Below are positions 18,755 through 26,476 of a stretch of 64,000 bases of DNA, piece by piece (the stretch's first letter is position 1; every line of letters starts with the position of its first letter). The notes below the pieces were generated by a model that worked only from the letters and a program-made list of their open reading frames with translations, searched no databases and had not been told where the DNA came from. The DNA is from a virus, in IMG/VR virus record IMGVR_UViG_3300034012_002457, positions 4,542-68,541 of that record; one strand, given 5' to 3'. A program made the translations under genes and the position numbers.

Positions 18755-19108
18755 ATGCACATCCCTCCTTTTAAAACTGATGGCGATGAAGCTGAATACT
18801 GGCAGCTTTTTGATCGCTATAAAACGCGCTATCTCGATTGCATGGAAGACGTGAAGGACGCCATGTTTCCTGACTATTCCTACACGCAACTTAGTGGCTC
18901 TCTCATTGATTGCGTTCGTCACGTTGCTGATGAAATTATTTATGCAGCGACGGACGATTTTGAACGGGCTCATCCTGAATACAAGGGCGATGACATTGGC
19001 TTCTACGTAAGACCTGGCAGTCTTAAGGACAGCATGAAAGAAGCCCTAAAGGACTTTTGGCATGGAGACATCAATGACAATGGAGGCGAAAGCGATGATG
19101 ATTCCTGA
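18755..19108 (+). CDS. Hypothetical acidic protein
   Basis: ORF. Confidence 0.6.
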   Translation: MHIPPFKTDGDEAEYWQLFDRYKTRYLDCMEDVKDAMFPDYSYTQLSGSLIDCVRHVADEIIYAATDDFERAHPEYKGDDIGFYVRPGSLKDSMKEALKDFWHGDINDNGGESDDDS

Positions 19109-19262
19109 AGATTACGAAAACGATCCGCTGCTGGATTGGGACTATGAGCAACGGAAACAACGTCCGCTTACGTTGCAACAGTTAGAAGATCGTCTTGCTT
19201 TTTGGCGAGAGCGACAGAACAGGCTTTATTTGGAGCTTTACCGTGCCGCCACTTCCATCTAA
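19095..19262 (+). CDS. Hypothetical protein
   Basis: ORF with GGAGG RBS. Confidence 0.55.
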   Translation: MMIPEDYENDPLLDWDYEQRKQRPLTLQQLEDRLAFWRERQNRLYLELYRAATSI

Positions 19263-19274
19263 CCGTTGCCAATT

Positions 19275-19604
19275 ATGACTTTCCCCATCACCCCACCGCC
19301 GGAGCTAATACAGCAATGGCTTGGCGAGTTCTTTGGTTGCACTGTTAGTGGTGAACTTGCTGATTCAGAGCGATTCCTTGCCGCTCGCGCCGCCCAATGG
19401 GGTGCAGACCAGGAGCTGGAGGCGTGCGTAAGGCTGCTAGAGCTGTCCGACAAAAACGCACGGGATTTTCTGTACTGCGCCCGCCGCCCCGAGTCGCAGA
19501 GCTTGAAGGAGCAGGCGCTGGCTGAGCTAGCTGAATGGGAGAACGTTATGGACATTGCACCCGATAGTCCCATCCGCCGCGCACTGGAGCAACTCGATGA
19601 CTAA
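19275..19604 (+). CDS. Cyanophage-type hypothetical protein
   Basis: ITPPPEL.QQW...AAQWGADQELEAC...ARRP..SLKEQAL pattern recalled from cyanophage proteins. Confidence 0.65.
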   Translation: MTFPITPPPELIQQWLGEFFGCTVSGELADSERFLAARAAQWGADQELEACVRLLELSDKNARDFLYCARRPESQSLKEQALAELAEWENVMDIAPDSPIRRALEQLDD

Positions 19605-19914
19605 CTACAAAATGCAACGATTCAATGGTAAAAGTAAAACGTGGGAAGACATTGACACAGCTCATGCTGTCTTAGACGTTTGCGAAGCCGTTCAATCTTT
19701 AGAGGCAGACGTAAAGTTTGCCATCAAAGACTTGCGTGAGTCAGTATTAGCCCTTACTAATGCAGTGTGCCAGCTAAAGCAAGAAAACGAAACTCAACGT
19801 ATCAAAATGCTTCGCATGGCCAATGCCATCGCCAATCAATTGCCAAATAGAAACAAATTCTTTGCTGATTGCTTATGTGACGACGATTCCCCTATAAATC
19901 CTCCTCTTCCATAG
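19597..19914 (+). CDS. Hypothetical coiled-coil protein
   Basis: ORF. Confidence 0.55.
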   Translation: MTNYKMQRFNGKSKTWEDIDTAHAVLDVCEAVQSLEADVKFAIKDLRESVLALTNAVCQLKQENETQRIKMLRMANAIANQLPNRNKFFADCLCDDDSPINPPLP

Positions 19915-20067
19915 TCAATCCTCTAAAGCCCCATCAGGGGCTTTTTCTTTTGTCCATGAATGGTCGCCAGGGATGGGCTCAGTGCCATATTCCCAATCGT
20001 CATATTCCTCCCCGTTCCTCAGCCATCGCGCTAAACGCTCACGATCTTGCTCAGGCGACAGTTTCAT
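19915..20067 (-). CDS. Small acidic hypothetical protein
   Basis: MKLSPEQDRERLARWLRNGEEYDDWEYGTEPIPGD... Confidence 0.5.
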   Translation of the reverse strand: MKLSPEQDRERLARWLRNGEEYDDWEYGTEPIPGDHSWTKEKAPDGALED

Positions 20068-20115
20068 GCCCCGGCCAGCAATGTATAGGCCGAGTCTAGC
20101 TGGCTTCGTATAGGC

Positions 20116-20343
20116 AAAAAGAAAGGAGGGCTTTCGCCCTCCCTTCCCTTTGTGTGGCCTCCGATACGACGGCTCCCATCGAGCCCTCCTCCAGAAGATC
20201 AGCAATGGGGACAATGCGCCTCGCAGGGAACCATGATAGACCCTTGGCCGAACCATACAGTCTGGCCCGCATTGTCAGTCGCGCTTGTCCTTACGGCCCG
20301 CCTTGCGACGGGAGCAGCGATTAAGCCGCCTAAGCCGACCACT
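20116..20343 (-). ncRNA. Structured non-coding RNA (~190 nt plus terminator), family unknown
   Basis: TG-TATAGT -10 at 20349-54; 5'/3' closing helix; 9-bp helix; GNRA-capped hairpins; intrinsic terminator at 20116-20145. Confidence 0.65.
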
Positions 20344-20461
20344 TCCTTACTATACACCCCCATTGGCCGTTTAGTTCACAGGGAGCTTGACAAGCGTGTC
20401 ACAATAGTCAGAACGCCTGCAGCGATGCTTGCGTTCCTCGCTAGCCACTCTCTCTGTTTTG

Positions 20462-20812
20462 ATGCTACGTTTCATTTTCCCCCTTCTGCTGCTTGGCAGC
20501 GCTCCTGTCCAAGCGGCGGCTTTGTCGTGCGGACAAGCCAGTCACTATGGCATTGGCGATGGCTATCACGGCCAAACCACTGCTAGCGGCGCTCGCTTCA
20601 ATGCCTACGGTCTCACTGCTGCCCACCCCTCGCTTCCTATGGGCACCAAAGTGCAAGTGAAGAATCGTGACAATGGCAAGACCGTAGTGGTGACAATTAA
20701 TGATCGCGGCCCATACTCTGGCGGGCGCATCCTTGATTTGTCCTACGGAAGCTTCTCTCGCATTGCTTCTCCTGGCCAGGGCGTTGCCCGCATCTGCCTT
20801 TCTCGCCTTTAA
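20462..20812 (+). CDS. rlpA: RlpA-family septal-ring lytic transglycosylase (DPBB)
   Basis: Signal peptide; GQASHYG...TASGARFN...TAAHPSLPMGT...INDRGPY..GRILDLS. Confidence 0.9.
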   Translation: MLRFIFPLLLLGSAPVQAAALSCGQASHYGIGDGYHGQTTASGARFNAYGLTAAHPSLPMGTKVQVKNRDNGKTVVVTINDRGPYSGGRILDLSYGSFSRIASPGQGVARICLSRL

Positions 20813-20815
20813 ACC

Positions 20816-20992
20816 ATGAAAAACTTCGCTTCTTTCTTTCTCGTCATGATGGCCTTTTCAGTGGCTGGTATGGTAATTGCGAAAGCGCCAGACCCGGCTG
20901 CTGATCATGAAGGGCTGGCTAAGTGCCTCAAGCTTCACCCTGAGCGCTATTGCCGCATTGCCAATGGTTTCCCCGTGAGCATTCAGCCTTAG
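20816..20992 (+). CDS. Small secreted/membrane protein
   Basis: Manually read 58-aa ORF with signal peptide and C....P.RYC. Confidence 0.6.
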   Translation: MKNFASFFLVMMAFSVAGMVIAKAPDPAADHEGLAKCLKLHPERYCRIANGFPVSIQP

Positions 20993-21014
20993 TCAAGCTT
21001 TCCTGACAGCCCCC

Positions 21015-21043
21015 TTGACAGGGGGCTTCTTCTCCTTCATACT
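21015..21043 (+). promoter_or_regulatory. Sigma70-type promoter
   Basis: TTGACA-N17-CATACT. Confidence 0.65.
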
Positions 21044-21075
21044 GGCCCTGTCCATCGCTGGCGACAGCTTAAACC

Positions 21076-21342
21076 ATGACGCAAACTCCATTTCTCACCA
21101 ACACGCAACGCGCCATCTCTCGCATGGTTGCAGACACGGTGGGCTTCAAACTATCTTCCTACAACTCAGCAGATCGTGCTATTGCTCGCACTATTTTGCT
21201 AGAGCACGAGAAGAAAGCGCCCGAGCATCTTTCTGCCAAAGAGTTTACAAAAGCAATGGCAGGCAAGAATCACAAGCGAACAAAAGATTTCATTCGCACG
21301 CTTGCTGATGCCATGCAAGACGAAATCTGGCGCACGTTGTAA
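21076..21342 (+). CDS. Hypothetical protein
   Basis: ORF with aaaccATG context. Confidence 0.65.
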   Translation: MTQTPFLTNTQRAISRMVADTVGFKLSSYNSADRAIARTILLEHEKKAPEHLSAKEFTKAMAGKNHKRTKDFIRTLADAMQDEIWRTL

Positions 21343-21346
21343 ACAA

Positions 21347-21559
21347 TGGGGCAGAGCGGAAGATGCATGCTTCCACATTGCGCTCCCTAAACATGCTGGC
21401 CACTACTTGGGCTAAGTGGTGGGGAAAAACAATTGGTGCCAGTCAATTGATAATCTAGCCTCTGTTTTGAAACTAAGGGTGTCGTCGAACAGTGCAGGGA
21501 GTTCCAGCGGATTCATCTCGCGATTGACCCTGCATTAAGCGCATGCTCGTAAGTCCCCA
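21347..21559 (+). ncRNA. Putative structured intergenic RNA
   Basis: Ends pair (tgggg..gagc / gctc..cccca); internal hairpins ccactactt/aagtggtgg and tgcaggg/ccctgca; no credible ORF. Confidence 0.4.
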
Positions 21560-21650
21560 GCCTTTTGTTTCATTTTGTTACAGAAGGGGCCACCAGGCCC
21601 CTTTTTTCGTACTATTGGCTCAAGCCGCGAGGCCTTCTCTCTGTTTAACC

Positions 21651-21929
21651 ATGGATAAAACCTCCTTCATCCGCCAGTTCATTTATCGCGCTGGCCCCTC
21701 CATCGTGGGCGTGGAGTTTGTCAAGCAAGACGGCTCCGTCCGCACGCTTCGCTTCAACCCTCGCGACAGCAAGGAGATCAAAGGCACTGGCAAGCCCAGC
21801 ACCAAGCCCTCGATCATCCGCTGCCGCGACTTCTCCATCGCTCGCAACGAAGGCCAAGGCGCCTGGCGCAGTTTTGATTGCGAGCGCGTGACTAAGATCA
21901 CGGCCAATGGTCAGACGGTTTGCTTTTAG
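21651..21929 (+). CDS. SH3 beta-barrel (DUF2693/WYL-like) protein
   Basis: FVKQDGSVRT...D......WRSF signature. Confidence 0.75.
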   Translation: MDKTSFIRQFIYRAGPSIVGVEFVKQDGSVRTLRFNPRDSKEIKGTGKPSTKPSIIRCRDFSIARNEGQGAWRSFDCERVTKITANGQTVCF

Positions 21930-21958
21930 GCGATAAGTAGCGCTAATGGCAAAAGGGC

Positions 21959-21987
21959 TTGACGCCCTCTCCGTTTCCACTTAATTT
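21959..21987 (+). promoter_or_regulatory. Sigma70-type promoter
   Basis: TTGACG-N17-TAATTT. Confidence 0.65.
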
Positions 21988-22035
21988 CTTTTTCAAGCGG
22001 CACTTCCGTCGCATCGTTCCTTCTCTTTCAAAACC

Positions 22036-23037
22036 ATGAGCCACCAATTCACCTCCGGCGCCTTTTTTCACGGCCAAGCCGCCTGGCACAAACTGGGCAC
22101 TGTCCTCGATGGCACCCTCCCCGCCCGTGAAGCTTTCCGCATGGCCAACGCTGATTGGCAAGTGAAAGCCTCGCCCATTTTCACCAGCGACATGCTGGAA
22201 ATTCCCGGCCATAAGGCCATCACCCGCGCTGACAACGGCACCGTCCTCTCCATTCAGAAAGACTCCTACAGCATCGTTCAGAACGAACAGCTCATCCGCA
22301 TTGCAGAGGCCCTGCACGAGGATGCCACGATGGATGCAGTGGTGGTACTGGCAGAAGGTCGCCGCGTGGCATTCACTGCAAAGGTGAACAATGCAGAAGG
22401 CGAAGTGGTGAAGGGCGACACCATCCACCAATATCTTGTTGGCTGCACCAGCCACGACGGCACTGTTGCCTTTCAAATCATGTTTAGCCCTGTGCGCGTT
22501 GTTTGCCAAAATACGCTCTCGGCTGCTCTAGGTCGTGCTGCTGCTGGCAGCAAGGCGAAGAAATTTGCCATTCGCCACACCACCAACGCAAACACCCTCA
22601 TCAGCAAGCTGCCTCAGCTCATCGACATGCAACGCCAGCAGTTCACTGGCGGCATGGAAGAACTGAAGGCTATGGCCAACAAGCCTTGCACGGCTGCTCA
22701 ATTCCGCGCCTATTGCGAGGAAGTGTTTGCTGATCAGCTTGTGGGCATGACCAACGACAAGCGTGGCGACACCACCACCGCCCGCCCCAAGAAGCTTGAA
22801 GACCTGGCTGCATGGGACAGCGTGGCCAACAAATTCGCTGGTGAAGGCATCGGCTTCAACATCCCCGGCGTGGAAGGGACCATGTGGGGCGCCTATCAGG
22901 CCATCACGGAGTATTTCACTCACGATGCAGGCCGCACCAAGGACTCCACGGAGGCTGCTCGCCAGCGCCTGGAAAGCCTCTACTGGGGCAGTGCTGGCGC
23001 CACGATCACCCGCGCTCATGCCTTGGCACTGGCTTGA
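22036..23037 (+). CDS. DUF932 family protein
   Basis: AWHKLGTV, Y.IVQNE, SHDG..AF...SPVRVVCQNTL, IRHT, GTMWGAYQAITEY..H. Confidence 0.88.
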   Translation: MSHQFTSGAFFHGQAAWHKLGTVLDGTLPAREAFRMANADWQVKASPIFTSDMLEIPGHKAITRADNGTVLSIQKDSYSIVQNEQLIRIAEALHEDATMDAVVVLAEGRRVAFTAKVNNAEGEVVKGDTIHQYLVGCTSHDGTVAFQIMFSPVRVVCQNTLSAALGRAAAGSKAKKFAIRHTTNANTLISKLPQLIDMQRQQFTGGMEELKAMANKPCTAAQFRAYCEEVFADQLVGMTNDKRGDTTTARPKKLEDLAAWDSVANKFAGEGIGFNIPGVEGTMWGAYQAITEYFTHDAGRTKDSTEAARQRLESLYWGSAGATITRAHALALA

Positions 23038-23133
23038 TAAGCAAGGCTGATGGTCAGGGGGCTTTACAGCCCCCTTTGTCATGAACTAACTTTAGTTTCG
23101 TTGAGGGGCGCGAGCCCCACCGCCTTCCAAGCC

Positions 23134-23508
23134 ATGACCGCCAAAGTCTTCACCACCTCCTGCCAGTGCCCCAACTGCGGCGGCACCGGCAAGCTGCCCC
23201 ACTACAGCCACATTGCTAACGGCGACTGCTTCGCCTGCCAGGGCACTGGCACTCTCCAGCTCCGCGACTTCATCGGCTCCAACCGTGACGTTGTGCTGGA
23301 CGTGGAAATGCTTCGCGGCAAGTTCTGGCATGCGTGGCTCCGTTGCCGCACCTGGACTAACGATTCTTCCACTATCAATGGCGTGAAGCAGAACTATCAC
23401 AACTGGGGCCGCGATCTGTGGTGCATCCGCATTGATGACGTGGATCAGGCTCGTGCCCTGTGGAAGAAAGCCAAGGCCATGGGCATCCAGGCCACCATCC
23501 TGGACTAA
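23134..23508 (+). CDS. Zn-finger (CxxCxGxG) protein
   Basis: CPNCGGTG...HIANGDCFACQGTG. Confidence 0.7.
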   Translation: MTAKVFTTSCQCPNCGGTGKLPHYSHIANGDCFACQGTGTLQLRDFIGSNRDVVLDVEMLRGKFWHAWLRCRTWTNDSSTINGVKQNYHNWGRDLWCIRIDDVDQARALWKKAKAMGIQATILD

Positions 23509-23584
23509 TTGTTTCGTTTTATAAACAAGGGGGCGCAAGCCCCCGCTTTCCAGCTAATTTCTATTTCGTACACGCCCTCCTTCC

Positions 23585-23845
23585 ATGACCTCCATCAATA
23601 TGAGCCAGCACAGTGGCCCCTCTGGCCGCTTCATCGTCAAAGAAATGCTCCATTTCCAAGACGGCACTGTGGCTGAGCATTGCACCAAAGAAACCACTGC
23701 CCTGCTCACCAAATTCCACGACCTCCCGCCTGTCAATAACTTCGGCATTTGGGTGGTGCCTGCCTCTGCCTACTACCTCGCCTCCTGGCAAGACATCAAC
23801 CCCTCCATCCGTAACGTCACCTTCGCTTACCGTCGCATCTCCTGA
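23585..23845 (+). CDS. Hypothetical protein
   Basis: ORF with early-gene leader. Confidence 0.6.
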   Translation: MTSINMSQHSGPSGRFIVKEMLHFQDGTVAEHCTKETTALLTKFHDLPPVNNFGIWVVPASAYYLASWQDINPSIRNVTFAYRRIS

Positions 23846-23847
23846 TC

Positions 23848-24123
23848 ATGCCCGCCTCCATCGTCCCCCACATCCCTACCATCCATCTCAATGGCACTGG
23901 AGCCACAACGCTCCGCCTTGAATACGAGAAGCTCTATTACGCCGTGCAGGACGCCATCGACGCACTTAGCGAAGCCACGCTCAATGGCCGCGACTTTTAC
24001 CCCCAAGGGCCTGATGCATACTATGAGGCCCGTGATCAACGCAATGAAGCCTTCTCCTGCCTCTATGCAGTGCGTGACTATGCAGGCCGCATCGTTGAAG
24101 GCATCGACGCCCAAGGAGCATGA
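23848..24123 (+). CDS. Hypothetical protein
   Basis: PTIHLNGT...NGRDFYPQG..AY..AR motif typical of phage early genes. Confidence 0.65.
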   Translation: MPASIVPHIPTIHLNGTGATTLRLEYEKLYYAVQDAIDALSEATLNGRDFYPQGPDAYYEARDQRNEAFSCLYAVRDYAGRIVEGIDAQGA

Positions 24124-24398
24124 CCATGCAAGCTCATGGCCTTTCCATCAACCAACGCAATCTGTTTTCTTATTTCCTGGCCCATAAGAAACGCCACAAG
24201 CACGCTCCCTGCTTTGTACCTAAGCTTCCCCTAGCAGGCTCCAATCTTCCCCTCTATCTCAATGCCCTAGAGGCTCTAGAAGCCAAGGGGCTCATCAGCG
24301 TGGATCGCTCAGCGCCGCATTACAGGGGCTGGATCATGAACCATGCCAAGGGCGTTTGTGAAGAAACGCAACAAGGCTTGACAGCCTCCTGGAAATGA
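24120..24398 (+). CDS. Hypothetical protein (winged-helix-like)
   Basis: ALEALEAKGLI.V; ATGA overlap. Confidence 0.55.
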   Translation: MTMQAHGLSINQRNLFSYFLAHKKRHKHAPCFVPKLPLAGSNLPLYLNALEALEAKGLISVDRSAPHYRGWIMNHAKGVCEETQQGLTASWK

Positions 24399-24406
24399 AC
24401 TAATTT
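24378..24406 (+). promoter_or_regulatory. Sigma70-type promoter
   Basis: TTGACA-N17-TAATTT; downstream ctaatttctatttcgtaca is identical to 23554-23572. Confidence 0.7.
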
Positions 24407-24448
24407 CTATTTCGTACAGGGCCGCGAGGCCCGCCCTCCTTCAAAACC

Positions 24449-24751
24449 ATGACTGCTCTCGCTCTCGTCTTCACTCTCGATAGCTTCCGCCCCACTCAAG
24501 GCCAGTGGTGGCGCCACGACACTTCGCGCAACATCGAACGCCGCGTGAAGCTGGTTGCAGCTCACCTTGGCTTCTGGCTCTGGACTGCAGACTTCCGTGA
24601 TGCCCATTCTGGCCGCATCCTTTCTCAGCGTTTCTTCTGCACCAAACCCAGCAGCGAAGAGCCCGTGGCTCTCTTTGAAAACCCCGATGATCGCCAGCGT
24701 TGGATGGAGATGCAATGGAAAGCACAGGAGGAGGCCAATGGAAACCGTTAA
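24449..24751 (+). CDS. Hypothetical protein
   Basis: ORF. Confidence 0.6.
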   Translation: MTALALVFTLDSFRPTQGQWWRHDTSRNIERRVKLVAAHLGFWLWTADFRDAHSGRILSQRFFCTKPSSEEPVALFENPDDRQRWMEMQWKAQEEANGNR

Positions 24752-24923
24752 CATCCTCGCAATCAGCAGCAAGGGCCGCAGCCGTATCGGCAAGGCCCTC
24801 ACCACTGCCATTGTTGAGCAAAACCATCACGACAAGCTTTTCATTGTCATTCCTGGCATGAATCAATGTCGATGGATAAAGAAAGACAACGACCCTGATT
24901 TTCGCATTGTTTCTGAGGATTAA
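24738..24923 (+). CDS. Hypothetical protein
   Basis: METVNILAISSKGRSRI...WIKKDNDPDFRIV; GGAGG RBS. Confidence 0.6.
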   Translation: METVNILAISSKGRSRIGKALTTAIVEQNHHDKLFIVIPGMNQCRWIKKDNDPDFRIVSED

Positions 24924-24925
24924 TC

Positions 24926-25093
24926 ATGGCTTCTCTTCAACTTTCCAATCAAGAACTTGCTTTGATGGCTTTGGTTTTCAATGAAGAATTAAAAAGAATT
25001 GAAAAAGAATTTGCAGAAGATTTAACTGATTCAGAATCTTACGCTTCTCAAATTAAACTTCTTCACCGTCGCATTCTTTCTTCCGTATCATGA
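24926..25093 (+). CDS. Hypothetical protein
   Basis: Manually read 55-aa ORF. Confidence 0.5.
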   Translation: MASLQLSNQELALMALVFNEELKRIEKEFAEDLTDSESYASQIKLLHRRILSSVS

Positions 25094-25266
25094 CTACTTT
25101 CATTCCCATTGTTAAAACTTCTCGCACTGGTCCCAATGGTCGCCTTATTCAATGCCCACATTGTAATTACGTTGCTTGCGTGGGTCATTTCAGTTGGTCT
25201 AGTTTAGTTTGCACTGGTTGTCATTCTTCTGTGGATAAAACCGATTGGACAATGGAGAAAAAATGA
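25090..25266 (+). CDS. Small Zn-ribbon protein
   Basis: Manually read; CPHC...CTGC; ATGA overlaps. Confidence 0.6.
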   Translation: MTTFIPIVKTSRTGPNGRLIQCPHCNYVACVGHFSWSSLVCTGCHSSVDKTDWTMEKK

Positions 25267-25571
25267 TGCATTACGTTTGCAACTACAGCGAAAACGGCCC
25301 GTATTGGCCAGCCACGCAGGGCCGCTATCAAGCAGCCCGCCTCAAAGAACTAATCTTTCACGTGCGCTTATGCATGGAAGATAATGACTATCAAATTGGC
25401 ATCTTTGATGAAAACAATGAATGTAAGGGCATGTGGTTAGATGAAGCCGAACCAGAGCCCGATGGCGAAGGTGGAATGGTTCTGCAAAAGCCTTGCTATG
25501 TGCTATATCGGCCTGGCAGCCTGAGTGCAGGCATGTGGAACCTTCATCTTTCTAAATTTAAGAAACGTTAA
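25263..25571 (+). CDS. Hypothetical protein
   Basis: ORF. Confidence 0.6.
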   Translation: MMHYVCNYSENGPYWPATQGRYQAARLKELIFHVRLCMEDNDYQIGIFDENNECKGMWLDEAEPEPDGEGGMVLQKPCYVLYRPGSLSAGMWNLHLSKFKKR

Positions 25572-25573
25572 TC

Positions 25574-25732
25574 ATGATTCTCATTGATTTCTTTAGCGAA
25601 GATTGCTGCAAAGGCACTGAATTAATCGAAGGGTGGTATTTTTATTCCGATAGCGATGATTCCATCATTGGGGGACCGTTTGAAAGTGAAGAGGCCGCCA
25701 TTCAGGCGGCCTTTGATGGCCATGGTTGGTGA
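25574..25732 (+). CDS. Small acidic protein
   Basis: Manually read; GWYF...GGPFESEEAA motif. Confidence 0.55.
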   Translation: MILIDFFSEDCCKGTELIEGWYFYSDSDDSIIGGPFESEEAAIQAAFDGHGW

Positions 25733-25894
25733 TTAATAAAAACTTGAATGGAAGGGTCCGGGTGAAAAATGTATTGTGAGATCCGGCTGGAAAATGTATT
25801 GTTCTGGAAAAAATTGGAACCGGCTGGTTTTTGTATTTTTGGATCCGGCCCGAAGCGTATCAGGCTCCCTGCCCGATTTTTCCGCCGCCTTGTT

Positions 25895-25913
25895 GATAAT
25901 GATTCTCATTTTT
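25895..25913. promoter_or_regulatory. Fur-box-like site
   Basis: GATAATGATTCTCATTTTT vs consensus GATAATGATAATCATTATC. Confidence 0.55.
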
Positions 25914-25920
25914 ACGGGGT

Positions 25921-25934
25921 AGTACATTTGTACT
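25921..25934. promoter_or_regulatory. Cyanobacterial LexA box
   Basis: AGTACATTTGTACT fits RGTACNNNDGTWCB exactly, within the palindrome gtagtaca-tt-tgtactac. Confidence 0.65.
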
Positions 25935-25948
25935 ACTTTTGGCCATTG

Positions 25949-26062
25949 ATAAGCTGAGCTGATCATTCCGGGCCGATCCATCAGCATCGCTTATCATATC
26001 AGGCATCCTGATCATTCCCTGGCCCTCCCATCAGCTCCGCTTATCTGATAAGCGCAGTTGAT
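25949..26062. repeat. Five LysR-type (T-N11-A) boxes ATMAG-N5-YTKAT
   Basis: Copies at 25949, 25980, 25998, 26030 and 26048. Confidence 0.65.
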
Positions 26063-26476
26063 ATAAAGAATTACACGCAATAAAGTATTCTCATCGTTGC
26101 ATCTTGCGCCACTAAATGTAGCTAACTGCCACGCGGCAGAATGCAACCTACTGTTTGCCGCTAACTGATGCTCACTGTGCGCCCTTAAATATAGCCTATT
26201 GTTTCGCGCTAAATATAAATATTTCAGAATGTAACGTAGCGCCGCAGTCTCGCCCGTCTCATGGTAGGCGCGCGCGCTTGCGCGGTTCCTCCTATGGGGG
26301 GCAGCCATGGCAGCAGCAGCAGCAGCCCCTACCATCCCTGCCCCCTCACAGCCCCTGGCTACTGGGCCACCTGTCAGGGTGGCCTACTGGCCCCTTCCTA
26401 GGGGCTACCTGCTAGGGGGCAAGCCTGTAATGTGGGGCCGTTGGCGCGAGCCAGCCCCCCCATCGCTTCCAAACCA

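Noticed and set aside
20116-20343. RNase P RNA, tmRNA or group I intron
   Set aside because: No GAGGAAAGUCC, tRNA-like ends or recognisable P7 core
25740-26062. CRISPR array
   Set aside because: Repeats are short, degenerate and irregularly spaced, with no unique spacers; the Cas4-like gene is a phage exonuclease
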